Shown here piece by piece: positions 1-14,200 of a stretch of DNA of 64,000 nucleotides. Position numbers and translations under genes: made by a program. The notes below the pieces were generated by a model. That model searched no databases. It was not told the origin of the DNA and worked only from the letters and a program-made list of their open reading frames with translations. Position 1 is the stretch's first letter; every line of letters begins with the position of its first letter. Source of the stretch: Bugula neritina (lineage: Eukaryota; Animalia; Bryozoa); NCBI GenBank assembly GCA_964035545.1, contig OZ037766.1, positions 13,134,722 to 13,198,721 of the forward strand, given 5' to 3'.

Positions 1-572
1 AAACAACTTAGTCAATTGATTAGCTAAAATTACAGTTATGTTAGTGGTAGTTAGTACCTGTAGTGTTACTGTTAGTGTTACAGTCCACACAGTTATTGCT
101 AGTTACAGCTTTATAATTATTATATATTTATATTATGCTTACAAGTACTATTAGTATACTATTAGTATTATTATTATAATTATATCTATAATAATAAATA
201 TATTGATATTTATAACTATTTCAATTTCATATTTATATTGATATTGTAATACTAATAGTAATAGTAAGTGATGTTTGTCTTGATTGCTAATTAACAAACT
301 GAAAGTTATTAAGTATTAATTAGTATCCCTATCTCTTTAACCAAGACTGTAACTTACAGTTACACTTCCTGTCTTTCGACTTACACTGTGACTGGGTGTA
401 GCACTAACACTAAGTTAGTGACTAAGTCTAACACTAACACTAACAGTAACACTAACAGTAACTGTATGTCAAAAGTGTAACATAAACTTCAACATAAAGT
501 TGAACATTGTCAGTTATGTTCATCCGTAATATTGAATATACAAAGTTGTTTCTTTACTAAAATAATTACTAC

Positions 573-701
573 CTGAGATTTTTCCTTCAACAGACGACTC
601 TTCAAAGTCAAACAAATTTTCTATCATCAAAGTCATTTTGATAACCTCAATCAGCTTCAAGTGTGAGAATGAGAATCGCCTCTTTAATTCGAAGTTGTAA
701 T
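573..701 (-). CDS. possible exon of an unidentified gene running off the left edge
   Basis: 129-nt open segment (YNFELKRRFSFSHLKLIEVIKMTLMIENLFDFEESSVEGKIS) between a ttag acceptor and a G|gtagt donor in otherwise low-complexity AT-rich DNA; no recognisable homology. Confidence 0.3.
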
Positions 702-1169
702 CTAAGACTAATTATTTAAATTTGATGATAATTCAAAAGGTGATATTTCAAATGTTGCCAGGCTAAAATTGAATAATTAAATTTAATTACATTATACTTA
801 GTAACAGAAACTTTGAATAAAGCAACACTCGTGCGAAATAAAGTGTGATGAAAACTTGTGGACTGCAAATAATTTGTGCCTCTGAAGAAGCAATTGGATA
901 TTTTTGCGTGCGATGTGGTTATTTTGTACAAGCTTGATTTAAGGGTTGGCGACCATACTACATTCTATATATTATAAGGCCATCGCCGAGGGTTTGTTTG
1001 CTGCAACAGTAGTTTGACAGAAGCTTCCCATAATGATAATTATAATATTAATTATATTTTAATTTACAATGATACTTAAAGATGCAATCACGTTAGACCA
1101 CTAGATTAGTGTAAGTGACGTGCCTCTTTTGGTGAACGGAATTATTAAATGCAGTTAATATTTTTATAA

Positions 1170-1670
1170 CATAAATGCAGTTCTGTTTTAAGACTTTGGT
1201 GCCCGTACTGGTGAGTACACTCACACTGTACAGGGCCTTCTCATTCTGAGGCTTGTCTGTGAGCAGCATTTGATGTTATTTCCATATCATGTATTCACTC
1301 ACGGTATTGTTCTAGGTAGGAAGCTGTTATGAAATAGTGAGGTGTTGGTCCTGAAAGTGGTGGGCATGCCATTTGACTGGGATCTGGTGGTAACTGATGT
1401 AGTTGGCTGGTCCATGAGGTGTTCATGCGATTTTGAGAGTGAAGGATGATATTCCTCTTAGGCCAGGATCTGCATCAAGAGACTAAGTCGTAGGTCTTTG
1501 CGCCTGTTTTGCAGGGGGGTTACTTCAAGCCTAGATCTTGCCTCATCTGAGCCACCCCTGCCTATAATACCTGCCACAAATCTCACAGCCTGCTCTTGCA
1601 CTTGCTCGATATCTACTACAGCCTTCTTGGAGCTAGGGTTCCAAGATGATAATGATGACAAAATCAAGCA
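1170..1670 (-). mobile_element. decayed non-LTR retrotransposon (CR1/L2-like) 3' fragment
   Basis: Translates to RT C-terminal motifs WNP..K....IEQVQEQAVRFV, LQNRRKDLRL and FHNSFLPRTI with an internal stop; 5' truncated. Confidence 0.8.
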
Positions 1671-3561
1671 CTCTTAAAACTAGCCAACAGCTGAAGCCGT
1701 CGAAGTACTTTTTATAACCAACTGACCCTGCATAAATGCAATAACTACCAGAGTTTAATTACATTACAAGTAATAGTAATACTTAGACCAAGTCTACTAC
1801 TAATAATACTACTAGTAATACTAATACTAATAGTAATATTAGTACTAATAGTAATAATACTAATAGTAATACTAATAATAGTAATAGTAAAAGTAAAACT
1901 AATAGTAATAGTAAATGTAATACTAATAGTAAATGTAATAGTAGAACATGATGATAAAAATTATCGTTATGATTATGATTATCAATAAATATAATGAATA
2001 AATTATAAATCATTATGATTATAACTATCAGTATCATTATGACTTGTGAGTATTGATTAAACTATCATAATCATTATGAATTATGAGTATTGATTAAATA
2101 CAAGTGTAACTTATAAGTATAAAAAAATATTTAATTTAAAATTAATACTTAGTCATAATTATAATATTAATCATTGTCATGATGATGCATGTACCATGAA
2201 TGTACGACATGGTTGGTGGTCCCTCACTGACAGCCAACTCATAAAAATTAGAACACTCTGCTAACACCTACAGGTTGAGGTGTACAATTATGAGTGCCTC
2301 TTATATTGTTTTTTGTTTGAGTTTATCATATGTTGAAATGCATCTATTCTAGCATGTAGCTAAGTTTGGATATTTTAATTGAAATGCTTAGGGCTTTAGC
2401 ACATAGCTAAGCTGAGTTTGTGTTATGATAATGATGATCATAAATAAACACCATCAACAGTTCAAACTAGGTCTCAGGCTCAAGGAATGCCGCGCTAAAT
2501 CAGTGCCAACCAAAATAAATATTACAATAGTTTTCTACTACGGACAATTTGAGATTTGAACATTGGATTAACTAAAGCAATCACAGCACGGTCCCATACT
2601 GCACTCTTGCCACAGATAAGCAGGCCACAGGCTAAGCAGGCCTGTTTTGATCTACTGTACATTATTTTCAAATGTGTCTTTAGACTTTACGGACCACAGG
2701 TACATACATGTAACCCATGATTATAAAATGTGGCACACCCCTTCTACCCAACAGGGTGGTTTAGTGTGAAGAAAGATTTGAAAGGTATTGACAGGTATAA
2801 TGTTAATGTATTAATGAATAATATTAATATAATTATAATAATTAAATTATATTTCAATTCATAATAGTTAACATTATTATAATAATGTAATTAAATTTGC
2901 TACTTTTCCACTAATAGTAATACTTAATATAATAGTAATACTTATACTAATATTGATCATCATAGTTATACTAATACCTATCACTTAAAACTTATGTCTC
3001 ATTACTTTTAGTTGTAGTAATTGTATCGGTTTGTGTTTGTGTCTGGTTGCAAGATATGCTTTAACTACTAGCCAACTTGGCAACAGGTTTTCGAGTTTAT
3101 TAACTGTCAAATCGTACCCTATAAAATGGGAAACATTAGAAATTGTATAAATAAGTAGTCACAATATAAATCAAAATTCAGAGGAACACTATGAATATTA
3201 CAGAACCAAAAAAATTGACATGAACTATTGTAATTCTAATAAACTTACAATATTGATGCGTGGATAAAAATCTTAGCCATCACAATACCGAAACCGATAG
3301 TTTGTTCATACAAAGTGTGTAAATATGGCGGTTTGATCATGATACACTGACTCATGCAGTACAGTGAATGAACTAGCTCTGCCAGCTAATAGTAGCTTTG
3401 GTGAAAGCTTTTGAAGCTTGAAAGCTTTAATGATTGGCTGCCTGCCAATACTTCTGGGTGGCATACCAATACAGTAATACTAATACAGTAATAGTATTAG
3501 TTATAGTTACATTCAATTTTTCGGCAAAACTCAATGATAGTAACAACTAACAATATTACTC

Positions 3562-4385
3562 GAACTTACTTGTGATCATCACATTGGACTGCCCTAGAAG
3601 GAGGAAGGGGTGTGCTGCATATGGGTAATATGTTGGAAAGTCATTGGTCAATAGTCATGCAGTTAGTACTGGTTGGCCTGTATTGACTGAACAGGAACTT
3701 AATCCTGTTTATGTGGAGATCTCCGACTTATTGCCGTTCAGATCTCGGATAGTTCTTGGGAGAAAACTGTTCAGGTACTTGGTATTGCTAATACCCACTG
3801 ATCGGGGCTGTCCCCTCACTTGGGAGCGAGGCTGTATAGTTCTTTCTGTTGGTTTGTTCAGCAAGTCATCATAGGCAGAGCTGAGAGCCAAATGTTGGTC
3901 TTTTTTTGCCAGAATCTTCAGAAGAAGATTAATATGTTTGGTTCTTATTTTGTGTTCAATGGGCTGTAGGCAGATTTTCTTCATGGCACTTTTGACATCT
4001 TTGTAGCCTTTATTATTGGCTATGATTCGCACTGCATCCACTTGCATCTTTTCTAAGCCAGAAATATCCTTCTTGCATGTTGGCTCCCAAGCTGTGCTGG
4101 CACACTCAAGATGTGGTAGACACAATGCTTTGTATGCAATCAATCGTGCTCGTTCAGGGCCAGTAGAGAGCTCTTTTAATCATACCCAATTGTCTTCTAA
4201 CATTTATTATTTTATTTGACATAATTATGTTTGTTGAACCTGCAATCTGATTGCATTGTAACACCCAAGTATTTTGTAGAGTCTACATGATCTAGTAATG
4301 ACCCATTCAACGTGTAATTGGGAGAATCTTTTACAGAGTTGAAACTTATTATTTTGCTTTTAAAGAGGTTGAGTGACATACCCTA
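3562..4385 (-). mobile_element. decayed non-LTR retrotransposon (CR1/L2-like) 3' fragment
   Basis: YTLNGSLLDHVDSTKYLGVT (about 4250-4320) followed by AYKALCLPHLECASTAWEP...LEKMQ..AVR...YLNSFLPRTIRDLN (ORF 3709-4143); frameshifted; related to but diverged from the 1170-1670 fragment. Confidence 0.85.
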
Positions 4386-5261
4386 CTTGAATTAGTACTT
4401 GTATTAGTATACTAATAGTTATAGTCATGCTAATAGTGAAAGTCATGGTGATAGTGACTATTATAATGATAGTCATACTGATACTCATACTGATGTAGAA
4501 AATATGAAACCATTTGTTAACTTTTGTTTCAAATTCAATATATTTAATGATTAATCATAAAATTAATATTCTCAAAGACTAATATGTAATTGAATATAAT
4601 TAAACATCAACATTGCAATAATAATAATTATAAATATAAATAACATAAATAAGTAATGATAATAATATTGATAACTAATAAACTAATATGTGTAATAATG
4701 ATCATCACTGTGTGATGGGTATCACAGGCACAATCACAATGATAATATATTTTAATCTTTTGTCAGGCAAAGTAGGTCTAGTCTTAAAGCATTGTCTAAT
4801 TTTATTGCTAAATTAGAGCAATTCATTTTAATCATTTGATTTTCATTTTTAACTCCAGTTATGCATACAGTGACAGTGTCAGTGTGCTAAATAATAACTA
4901 AATAATGTTTTTAAACAAAGGTTAATATACAAGGTTTACAGCCTAATGTTGCAGGCATAGCTGTACAAATATACTTAAAAATAGCAAACTATCTTGACAA
5001 CAATTTTCTTTTCCACTAAAGTTTTGAAACTTTGATACAAAAGCAACTGAAATTTTTTAACTGTAATGTAGCAAAGCAATATTGGTATTTAACTGGTCAG
5101 CTGATGGCTGTTTTTTATTATTTTTTTTGAAAAACATGATTTTGAATTGATTTCTAGAAGAATATATATTTATATCCAGGCTGTAAATGAGAAATATATT
5201 TAATTGTTGCAGGCTGTTGTTGAAATCGATTACAATAAGTACCAAAGACTACACCAGAATC

Positions 5262-8200
5262 ATGGTGAGTGAGCACATTAATTACAACAACCCATTAGAA
5301 GACATCTAATTAAGATTTTTCTACAGCTTTTAGGTGTTAAAAATATTTTGTCTGTGCCCCAGATTTCTGAAAAAAAGACATTAGTATAATGGCTTGTAAT
5401 AATCCATCTTCAAAATGCTTTACTTGATGTCTATAGCTGGGCAGAAACTATCATATTGGCAGTTTTTAACACTTTCATTTTGAAAAAGTCCCTATGATTT
5501 TAACAATTACAGTTAATATTTCAGGCTGATGAATCAGCACAAGAAAATTTGAGGGCTTTAGAAAGGCTCATGAATGAATTCTTTTCACCTGCTACCTCCA
5601 ATGACAGAAAAAGAAAAATAGGTATGCTATATAATCTATAGTAAATACTGCTGTATTACTGTAGTTTGTAGGTCTAATGTTTTTCCTATGCTTCTATAAC
5701 CCTTGTTAACCTAATCACCAGAAAAACATTTGCTGGTTTTTATATATCTTCTTTGATATTGAAGAGGCATGGAGAATACATCAGACAAGTTTTCAGACTC
5801 ATTCTGCTTGCTCATCTATTATTATTATTACCTTTTTTATTGTAGAGGAGTTGCTGAATAATTTTAGTCAACAAAAGGATTCCTGGCAGTATTGCTTGTT
5901 GTTTATTCAACAAACTACCAATGAATATGTTACCATGTATGCCCTTAGTGTGCTGGAGGTATGACTTGTCTATTCTGTTCATGTTTTTATAGAAGTAACT
6001 ATTGTTTTATTTAAGGTTAGATTTACAATTCATCTTTTTCTCAGGCGTTTGAAATATAGTAAGTGACCTACCCAATTTTATTTTGTGCTGGCAAAACCTT
6101 TATACTTAATTAATAGTTTTTTTGCAATATTAGATGTTACATTGAACAAAGTTTTTTCGGTTTTGTTCCAAAATTACCATTTATTAAAATTTGTTTAAAT
6201 ATATATTATTTTCATGAGTTTCACCGTCATTTTTTGCTTTTAGACTATCATAAACAAGCAGTGGCATGGCATGCCAACGGAAAGTAAGAAAGTTGTAAGA
6301 GAATCTGTAGTCAGTCATTTAATAAAGTCGCATTCTAGACTACCGGCTTTCATTGTGAATAAAATGGCTAAACTCAATGTGGACATAGCCAGACACGACT
6401 GGCCACATTTTTATCATGACTTTCTCACTAACGTGCTACAGGTATATTCATTTTAGTCGTTTCACTGTTTGTACAATCCTGCAGTATATCAGATATGCAG
6501 CGTTTGAATGAGTTTTAATAAAGCTCAGCTCTTAAATAAATGCGAGGGAGTATAAAAAAGCAACAACTTGAGAATATTTTTAATTTTAGCAGTTCGTTAT
6601 TTGTGTAAATAATCAAAGATTTAAGTGTTGAGTGGATTGAGTATGTCTGATCATCAATGTTTCAGTTAATGCAGCAGTCGGAGCTGGCAGGGCTGGGACT
6701 CGTGCTGCTTCAGACGACATCTGAGGAAATGGCCCAGCCCCGTGAGGATTTGTCTATCTCACGGAAGGAGGAACTGAAGGGCTTACTGTTGGAGAGTATG
6801 CCAAAGATCCTTTCTTCTCTTTGCAGTAAGATTTTTTCTTATACACTAACATTTCACGGTTGGCTTGAAGTTGACGTTATTTAAATTTTTAACGAAATCA
6901 CACCAGATGTTGTTGAATTAGTTAATCTAGCCATTATTATGGTGATATGAAATTCTAGTTTATACCTCCATGTTTTTTAGGATATAAAACGATATTATTG
7001 ATATATTATTGCTAGGATTTTTGCAATTTATGTTAATTTTCATTATGGTCTGTTAAATAAAACGTATAACTTTTCGGAACAGTATTTTTTATTTCCTGTT
7101 GAGTTTATTTTCAGCTGTAAGCTAAGACTGAGGTTACATTAATTTTGTTTTATAATAATCACTCAACATGAAAACTATTTTTTCATTCGTCTACTTGTTG
7201 AACTGATACTTTCACAATCATAAGTAAGTGATAATGGTATTAGCTGGTTGTTAGATTTTCCTCTGGTATGCTTAAACCATCTTCTTTTTACACTTCACTG
7301 TTCAATTTTATTGAAACCCATGTCTGCTGAACATGCTTCTAGTTGTATTTGCTTTAATAATTATGACACCATTTATTATTTATACTATCTCAATATCAGC
7401 AGCTCAGCAGTATTTAGCAGTGGTAGTTTAGTTAGTGTAATAACATATTCTTAGTGACTAAGTTCTAGTTAAGGTGTTAAATTTGAGATTATTGTTAAAA
7501 TTATTATTTAGCCTCAACTCCTTATTATTTTTCTATAGGTGTGCTTGATGGGATTTTAGAGAAGCACCGCCTTTTGCTTTCGACCACTCCCCCTCCATCA
7601 CCTACTAGGCATACTGGCTCTCTCATATCTACACCTAATCAGCACACAGGTGAGAGGTTGCATGTAGGTTCTAACTTACAATCCTTTACTTTTAATTAAT
7701 GGAATTGTTAACATGCTGGCTCACGCAACCTAAATATAGCAGTTCATCAAACTGTCCTTTTTGTGTTGAATTGTGGGTATATGCTTTGTCAATCATCTTT
7801 GTAGGCGCATCGTTTCATACAACCAACATATTCCAATCTCCAATCAACAAACCAGAAGCGGGCAACTCCCTAATGCCGTTTGACAAGTCCTCACACATGC
7901 TCTGCACACAAGCACTCACTTGTCTTGGCCACCTGTTCAGCTGGATTCCCCTATCCACTATGATTACGTCTAATCTACTCAACACTATATTTAGCTTTGC
8001 AGCATTTGGGTGCGAGTCTCATCACACTGTCTCGACAAGTGAGTTTTAGCTGGCTTTCAGTGTAAGTAATTTCACATGGTTGAGATGTAATTGATTGTAG
8101 CCTTTCAATAGTAAAGTATTGTTGAAAATAAATAAAATTTAATGTAATAACTACACGATTACGTGTTTTAAAACTAGTCTGTGTGTTATACACATGTTTG

Positions 8201-11200
8201 CTAAACATCATTTAGATTTTAGATTACCATTTTAATTTTAATTATATAAAAAAGTATAAAAATAGTTGGTTTTTGTTGACACCTGCCCTACTAAACTACG
8301 TGAATTCTAGCCCTGCCTAATGCAGTGTTCAATAAAAACACTTGCCTCTCGTTCTAGACAGCCAAGGACAATCACTTGGAATGCTGGCCATGTGCTGCAT
8401 CAATGAGCTGCTTAATAAGAACTGTGTACCAGCTGACTTTGAGTCATATCTCCTTCAACTCTTCCAGCAGACTTTCTATTTACTTAAAAAACTCACTAAA
8501 GGCACAAAGAAACATCTGGAGAACCTTGATTCCTCGTGAGAAATTACCTGCTTTTTATTCCTGTAGTTGATATTTAGTAGTTCATTGAAATAGAGTCGTT
8601 CATATTTCTGTATTTTAAAGGTAGCTGTAGCACATGTTAGATTTCTGGGAAGTTACAAGTACAAAATACACTTGTTCAGTGTTCAGGAATTATTCAGTGT
8701 AGTAGGAGATGTTGTATATCCTAGAAGTTGTGAAGTTGTTTTACTTTTACACTATTGTGTTTCTTTGCAGGTTTCTTGACAAGTTTACAGAATTTATACA
8801 GCTGTTTGTGAACAACCATTTGAGGCGGTTTGAGTCTAATCCCAACTTTCCTGTCTTAGAATTCTTGTCTCTCCTATTTGAATACACATTCAAGCCTGTT
8901 AGTTCTTGCTGACATACACTACAGTTATTTTGAATATAGGCTGTACATTGGTGTGTTTATTTAAACTTTGATGTAATGTTAGCACCACTTAGATGGAATA
9001 TCCATTCTTAGTATGCAATTCCCAAACAAGTAGGCATAAAAATGCTGCTAGCCATGGCATGGGGCTCAATATCGTCATCTCTTACTTGTTGTAGTCAAGT
9101 ACAGATGAGTTCTTTGCTTGTCTGAACATTTGGCAGATCTTCATTGACTATATCAAATCCCAAACTCGAGATCGTACTTCTAAATATTCTTCTATGGAAA
9201 AGTAAGCTTATCTTTATTAAAATCACTTAAGCCTTTACCTAAAATGCTTGCAGTACTCCTATCACGTCACAGCTTTAGACACAGCGCCTAAAAATTGTTG
9301 TTGAAACGTATAAATTCAATAAAAACATAAAAATATGTTGTTTTTATTATTGTTAGTATATTGTATGGTAAATAATGAATCTTTAGTTTACAGACTCTTG
9401 CATATATATGTCATAAATATTGTTGATTTTCGTTAAAAACTTGTTATTAAATTTAAATTGACCAAGTCTGAAGAATAGTATAATTCAAATTATTCATCAA
9501 GTATGAAAAACACTTTTTTTATTGAGACCATAACTTTACTTCAGTTGATATAATTTTGACTCTAGCCAAATCGCAACATGTGCTCCTTTTTATTCAGGTA
9601 CTTTGATGGAATAATGGCCTTAGTGCGAGAGTTGCTGAACAAAGTTCAATTTAAACATAATGCTGAGCAGCTTGAAGAACTTGACAGTGAATCTCTGGAT
9701 GACGATGTAAGCCTATTAAACTATTGATATTCATACATATGAAATCAATATATTATTGTTTACTAAGAAAACTGAATATATATAATATTTGTATACGACT
9801 TATTTCCCAGGGCATGACGGAAATGCAGATATTCATCTCTCACTGCAATGACACACTCATTCCCATAGCTGAACTTGTCCTCAATGATGTCATACAGCTT
9901 GTCGACCAACTGTTTGATGAAAACCTGCAACTCTATTTGAATTTGGAAGTTTTTCTCAACGACCCTAGGCAACACACGCCTCAGGTATCTTGGGCTAATG
10001 ATTAATCTCTACCTCAAGGTTTGCTCAGTTTGCTGATGCTATAGGAAACTATAACATTGTGCCAATAACTCTTGATATCTGTGGGTCTTCAGTACAAATT
10101 GAATTTATTGGTTGAAATCGGCCAATGTAATTTTAATGAATTTTTTCAAATTTATTTTACTAATTCAAATTTTGTTCTTGTTACCACCATGTAGTTGCCC
10201 CCTTTGTCGTCATTTGTAACCTTACCAAACTCACTGTACAATGTAAATAGCATCCAGTCCGTAGTGCACTAACCTATTACTACTATAAGCACACTATAAG
10301 CACGCTATAAGCATGTATATGCTAACAGGTTGCCTCTAAAGTTCACCACTGTCTCAAAGATTTGTGCGCTCTAATGCAGACATCAGCTAGAATGGTGGAA
10401 TACTTCTCCGGCTCTGCTTTCGAGGACAAGTTTGCTCAAACTGAAAGGAGCATTAAAAGGTTAGTTAGCATGTGATGTGGAACAGATGAGCATGTTAGGG
10501 GGGTATGCCTATGCTGATCAACTAGAGTTATGGAAAAAGTAAAATTATATGAGTATTTTTCAGGGTTGCTGAGTTGGCTATCTATAATGAGAAAATGAAA
10601 TTCTATAACCGTCACTACACTTCAGAAATAGTGAAGAAACTGGTACCAGACCTTATTGATGTGTAAGTAATGTGTTGTCTTAATAACCTACCTTTGGCAA
10701 ACCAAGTTTATTTAAAAACTTGGTAGATGATTGCATATAATAGCTGGATTAATAAATTACTATGGGATTTATTTCTCTTAGCAGTTTATCCCATTTTAAA
10801 CTATTAAAGTTTTATAGTTGCATGAATAATTATTAATGCTGTAGATATGCTCACACTTTGGCCACTTTGAAGGCCTATACCCCTTGGATAGCTCAGTATT
10901 ACATAGAGTCCTATCATAAGGAAAAGGAAAGAGACCAGTGCGCATCTCTCGTGACTACAATCATCAACTGTGCTGCTAGTACTGTTGACCACACGGTATG
11001 TCCACAGCTATGTGTGTGCTTTGTGTAGGCTCTAAAGTCAGCATTTCTTTACTCTGTGTGTGTTCTGCTGCGAATTTTTTCACTTCAATGTATTTACTGA
11101 GTATCACTCAATTTTCATCATTCCCATTATGCGAATGGGTTTTTCATTTGCTTAATGGAAACTGTTATATTGAAGGAAACCGCAACCATAAATTAATACA

Positions 11201-14200
11201 TGCTGGCATCCATTCCTATAATGCGCAGTGTATGTTTTTATTGTGTCTGTCTACTGTGATACCTACCGTATCTCTATTTACTGTGTGTTTTTCATGTGAG
11301 TCCCTCTTGTGCGTATATCAACTATGCATGTTTCAACATCTTGTCTGTATGTTTGTTTCTACTGAGTTTAATTTTTATGTTGACCATTTTCATTTCGGCT
11401 TATCTTGGTAAAACTTATTTATGATCTTATTTTACTATAACCAGTTGCTACTAGTTTATACAGTTTTTGCCACTTTGGTATTGTTTTTGTTCATGTTATG
11501 TTTGCTTAATGAGATTTAGTGACTGGTTGAAGAGCTTATGATAGTTTATTAGTCTAGATATCAAAGGTCCACTCTAAGTAGATCTACGAGCACTAACTGA
11601 TTATTATGAATAACATGAATAACACAGCATGAGTATTTATATATCAAGACAAAGCATATTCAGCATACCATCAACAGTTTCTGTAGGTTTAGTCTGTATT
11701 TTGTACTTTAACTGATCACTTCTCTATCTTATGTTAGTCTCCCACGAAGATATTGGAGTGGACTGTACAGCTAATACACTCTATTCTGGTCACTGTACGC
11801 CCTGTGTATTTATACGATGTACCCAGTGTGCAGCAGCTATATAGCAAGGTCACTCAAGGTTACGCCTCATCTTTACCTTCTAAGGTACATGTGCAATCTC
11901 TAGATATTCTTATATTTGCAGCATTTTAATTAACTTTTTTATAATGGTTGAAATATTTAGGCTTATATTCTACCATGTCTAATGATAGCCTAGTTCCTAA
12001 GTTGTCAATGTTGTTAAGGATGTTTGTTTAGTGAAACTTTCGCCTTCATAAACATCTATACCTGACTGCAAATCATTTAAAATACTTGCCATTTTGTCGT
12101 TTCTGTTGTCAGCTAGTGTCTGATTGTTAAGTTGACTCTTTTTGAATGAGAATATGCAATTTTCTGGAATGTTCTGCAGACGTCGGATATGCTACTCAGC
12201 TGCCTGTCCAGCTATCTAATACTCCGCTGGCCAGCTTTGCCTGACTCGGAGCAGAAATGGGAAATGAGGACAGCCAATCACTCCGCTTACATCTCGTCTC
12301 TACAATCTCAGTTCCTTCAACTCAAAGATCTCTCAACCCTGACTTCTAATTCTTCTACTGCCTTTCAAGGTAATGCCAGTGTTGAAAAGTTATTGTAGGC
12401 ATAGAATGTTTAATTTCACATCTCCCACACACTCTAGATTGTAGACCATCAACTCTTGGTAAATATGTGGTGTGTTAAAGGTTACTAAGCCACTGCAAAC
12501 TTCATATTTCAACTCTAAGTAAGGGCTGTGTTGTTTTCTAGTCATTACATTTAGTATACTTGGGTTGAAGTTAATAGTGTTTTTAAATCACCATGGAGAT
12601 TTGCATCATTGTTATTTGACAGCTTATTGAAAATTATGGCCCATTGCATTACATTATCATTATGTTCTATTAGGCATGTTATATTGTAATTATTTACTAA
12701 TTAATTTGTTTTTAGCCAAAGAAGTAGTGATGAAGGCCTTATCATCTCTGCACGAGCTAATAATGTCTGTAAATGAGGAACCAAAGAAAACGAAAGACAT
12801 AATGTACAATTCTACTAAAGAATACATTCAGCTGTCTCTGCAACTCTTTTCTGTTTACATTTCTCAGCCAGGTGAATGTTTGGGACATACTGTACGCTAC
12901 TCAGAATTTATACCTTGCCGGAATACTTGCACTGTGTTATTAGTTTAATTGTATGACAACTTTTCTTGCTTAGTTTAGATTTATGTTTCATAGTATATGT
13001 CTTTATATATGGATTAATGTAATGATAATGTTATATGTCTTAGAGTATTGCCTGTTAGTTTTTGAGCAATAGTTATACTAGATGTGGTGCACACAGTTAC
13101 AAGTTTCTAATATGGATTTGGTATTAATGTTAGAATTAAGGGAGCAGCCATGGTCTAGGGGTTAGAGCATTTGCCTAGTAAGCACAAAGTCATGGGTTCG
13201 AGCCCGGACAAAAGCCATTGGTGATGTTAGGAGGAGTATTCAGTCATAATTGCTCCTGTGCCTCATCTGAATAAGTCCTTAGCCTGATTTAACAAAAAGT
13301 CCTTTTCATCAGAGTTTTCTCACAGGGATGGTGACTATAAACTTGCATGAGTTTTATTAGTGTTAAAAATATAAAAAACAACCATTATAACAAATGCTTT
13401 TTAGTTTTACTAAAACTTCATGTATTGCATACAGGTATCAATAAATATGCTAAGCTCACTAATTATATATTATATAAAATTGTTCCTTCTGATATTGACT
13501 GTACATCTGTTGGCCGCATATTCTAGTGCAGTAAGTGTCGATATTTTATAGATGTGTTGGAAAAGATAGTTGAGTTTTTCCTTGTGCTGATCAGATCTCT
13601 GAGAGTGCAGATGGGTGTAACCATTACACAGCAAACCATACAGACTTTCATTGACCTTTTTACTAAGTACACATTTCTTATACATATAATGATATCTTGG
13701 TTACACTTAGGGTCAAAGCTTTTGTCTTTCAGTTTCTTATTTTTCCACAGTTCGTCTCTGTTTGAAAAGGTTTTTTAAGCTGCCTGTACTTCTGCCGTAC
13801 TATTTTTGGTTTGAAGATATTGCTATTGCATAAAATATTTGTTGTATTCACTTCAAATGACATTACAGAATTGTTAGAAATTAGTTATGTCTAATAAATA
13901 AGCTGAATAGAATATTAAGGTATCTGCTGTTGCAATGTATGAATGTGTCCATTGATAAAGTATATTTAGGTCATATTTAAGATTTATTTCTAGAGAACGA
14001 ATTATGGAAATACTCAACCAAGAAAACCAGACTGCCTACAGAATAATTGAAAGGTAACCTAATTTTTTTTTATATGAGGGGGGGGGGAGAGGGTAAAACT
14101 CAGAATGATCACAGCATCTGGATACATTTATAATCAACATGATTTTTGTCATTTCACCAGTTATATAATGGACAATAAAGTGGTGTACTCTACAATATTT

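Noticed and set aside
1783-2037. Leu/Val-rich membrane protein ORF
   Set aside because: Translation of low-complexity (TAA/TAG/TAC)-type repeats.
10998-11411. 137-aa Cys-rich ORF
   Set aside because: Lies in a TG-rich XPO6 intron directly after a splice donor; no domain pattern.
13141-13215. functional tRNA gene
   Set aside because: No acceptor stem or proper T arm closure, it continues into a non-tRNA body, and a second copy exists; it is a SINE head.
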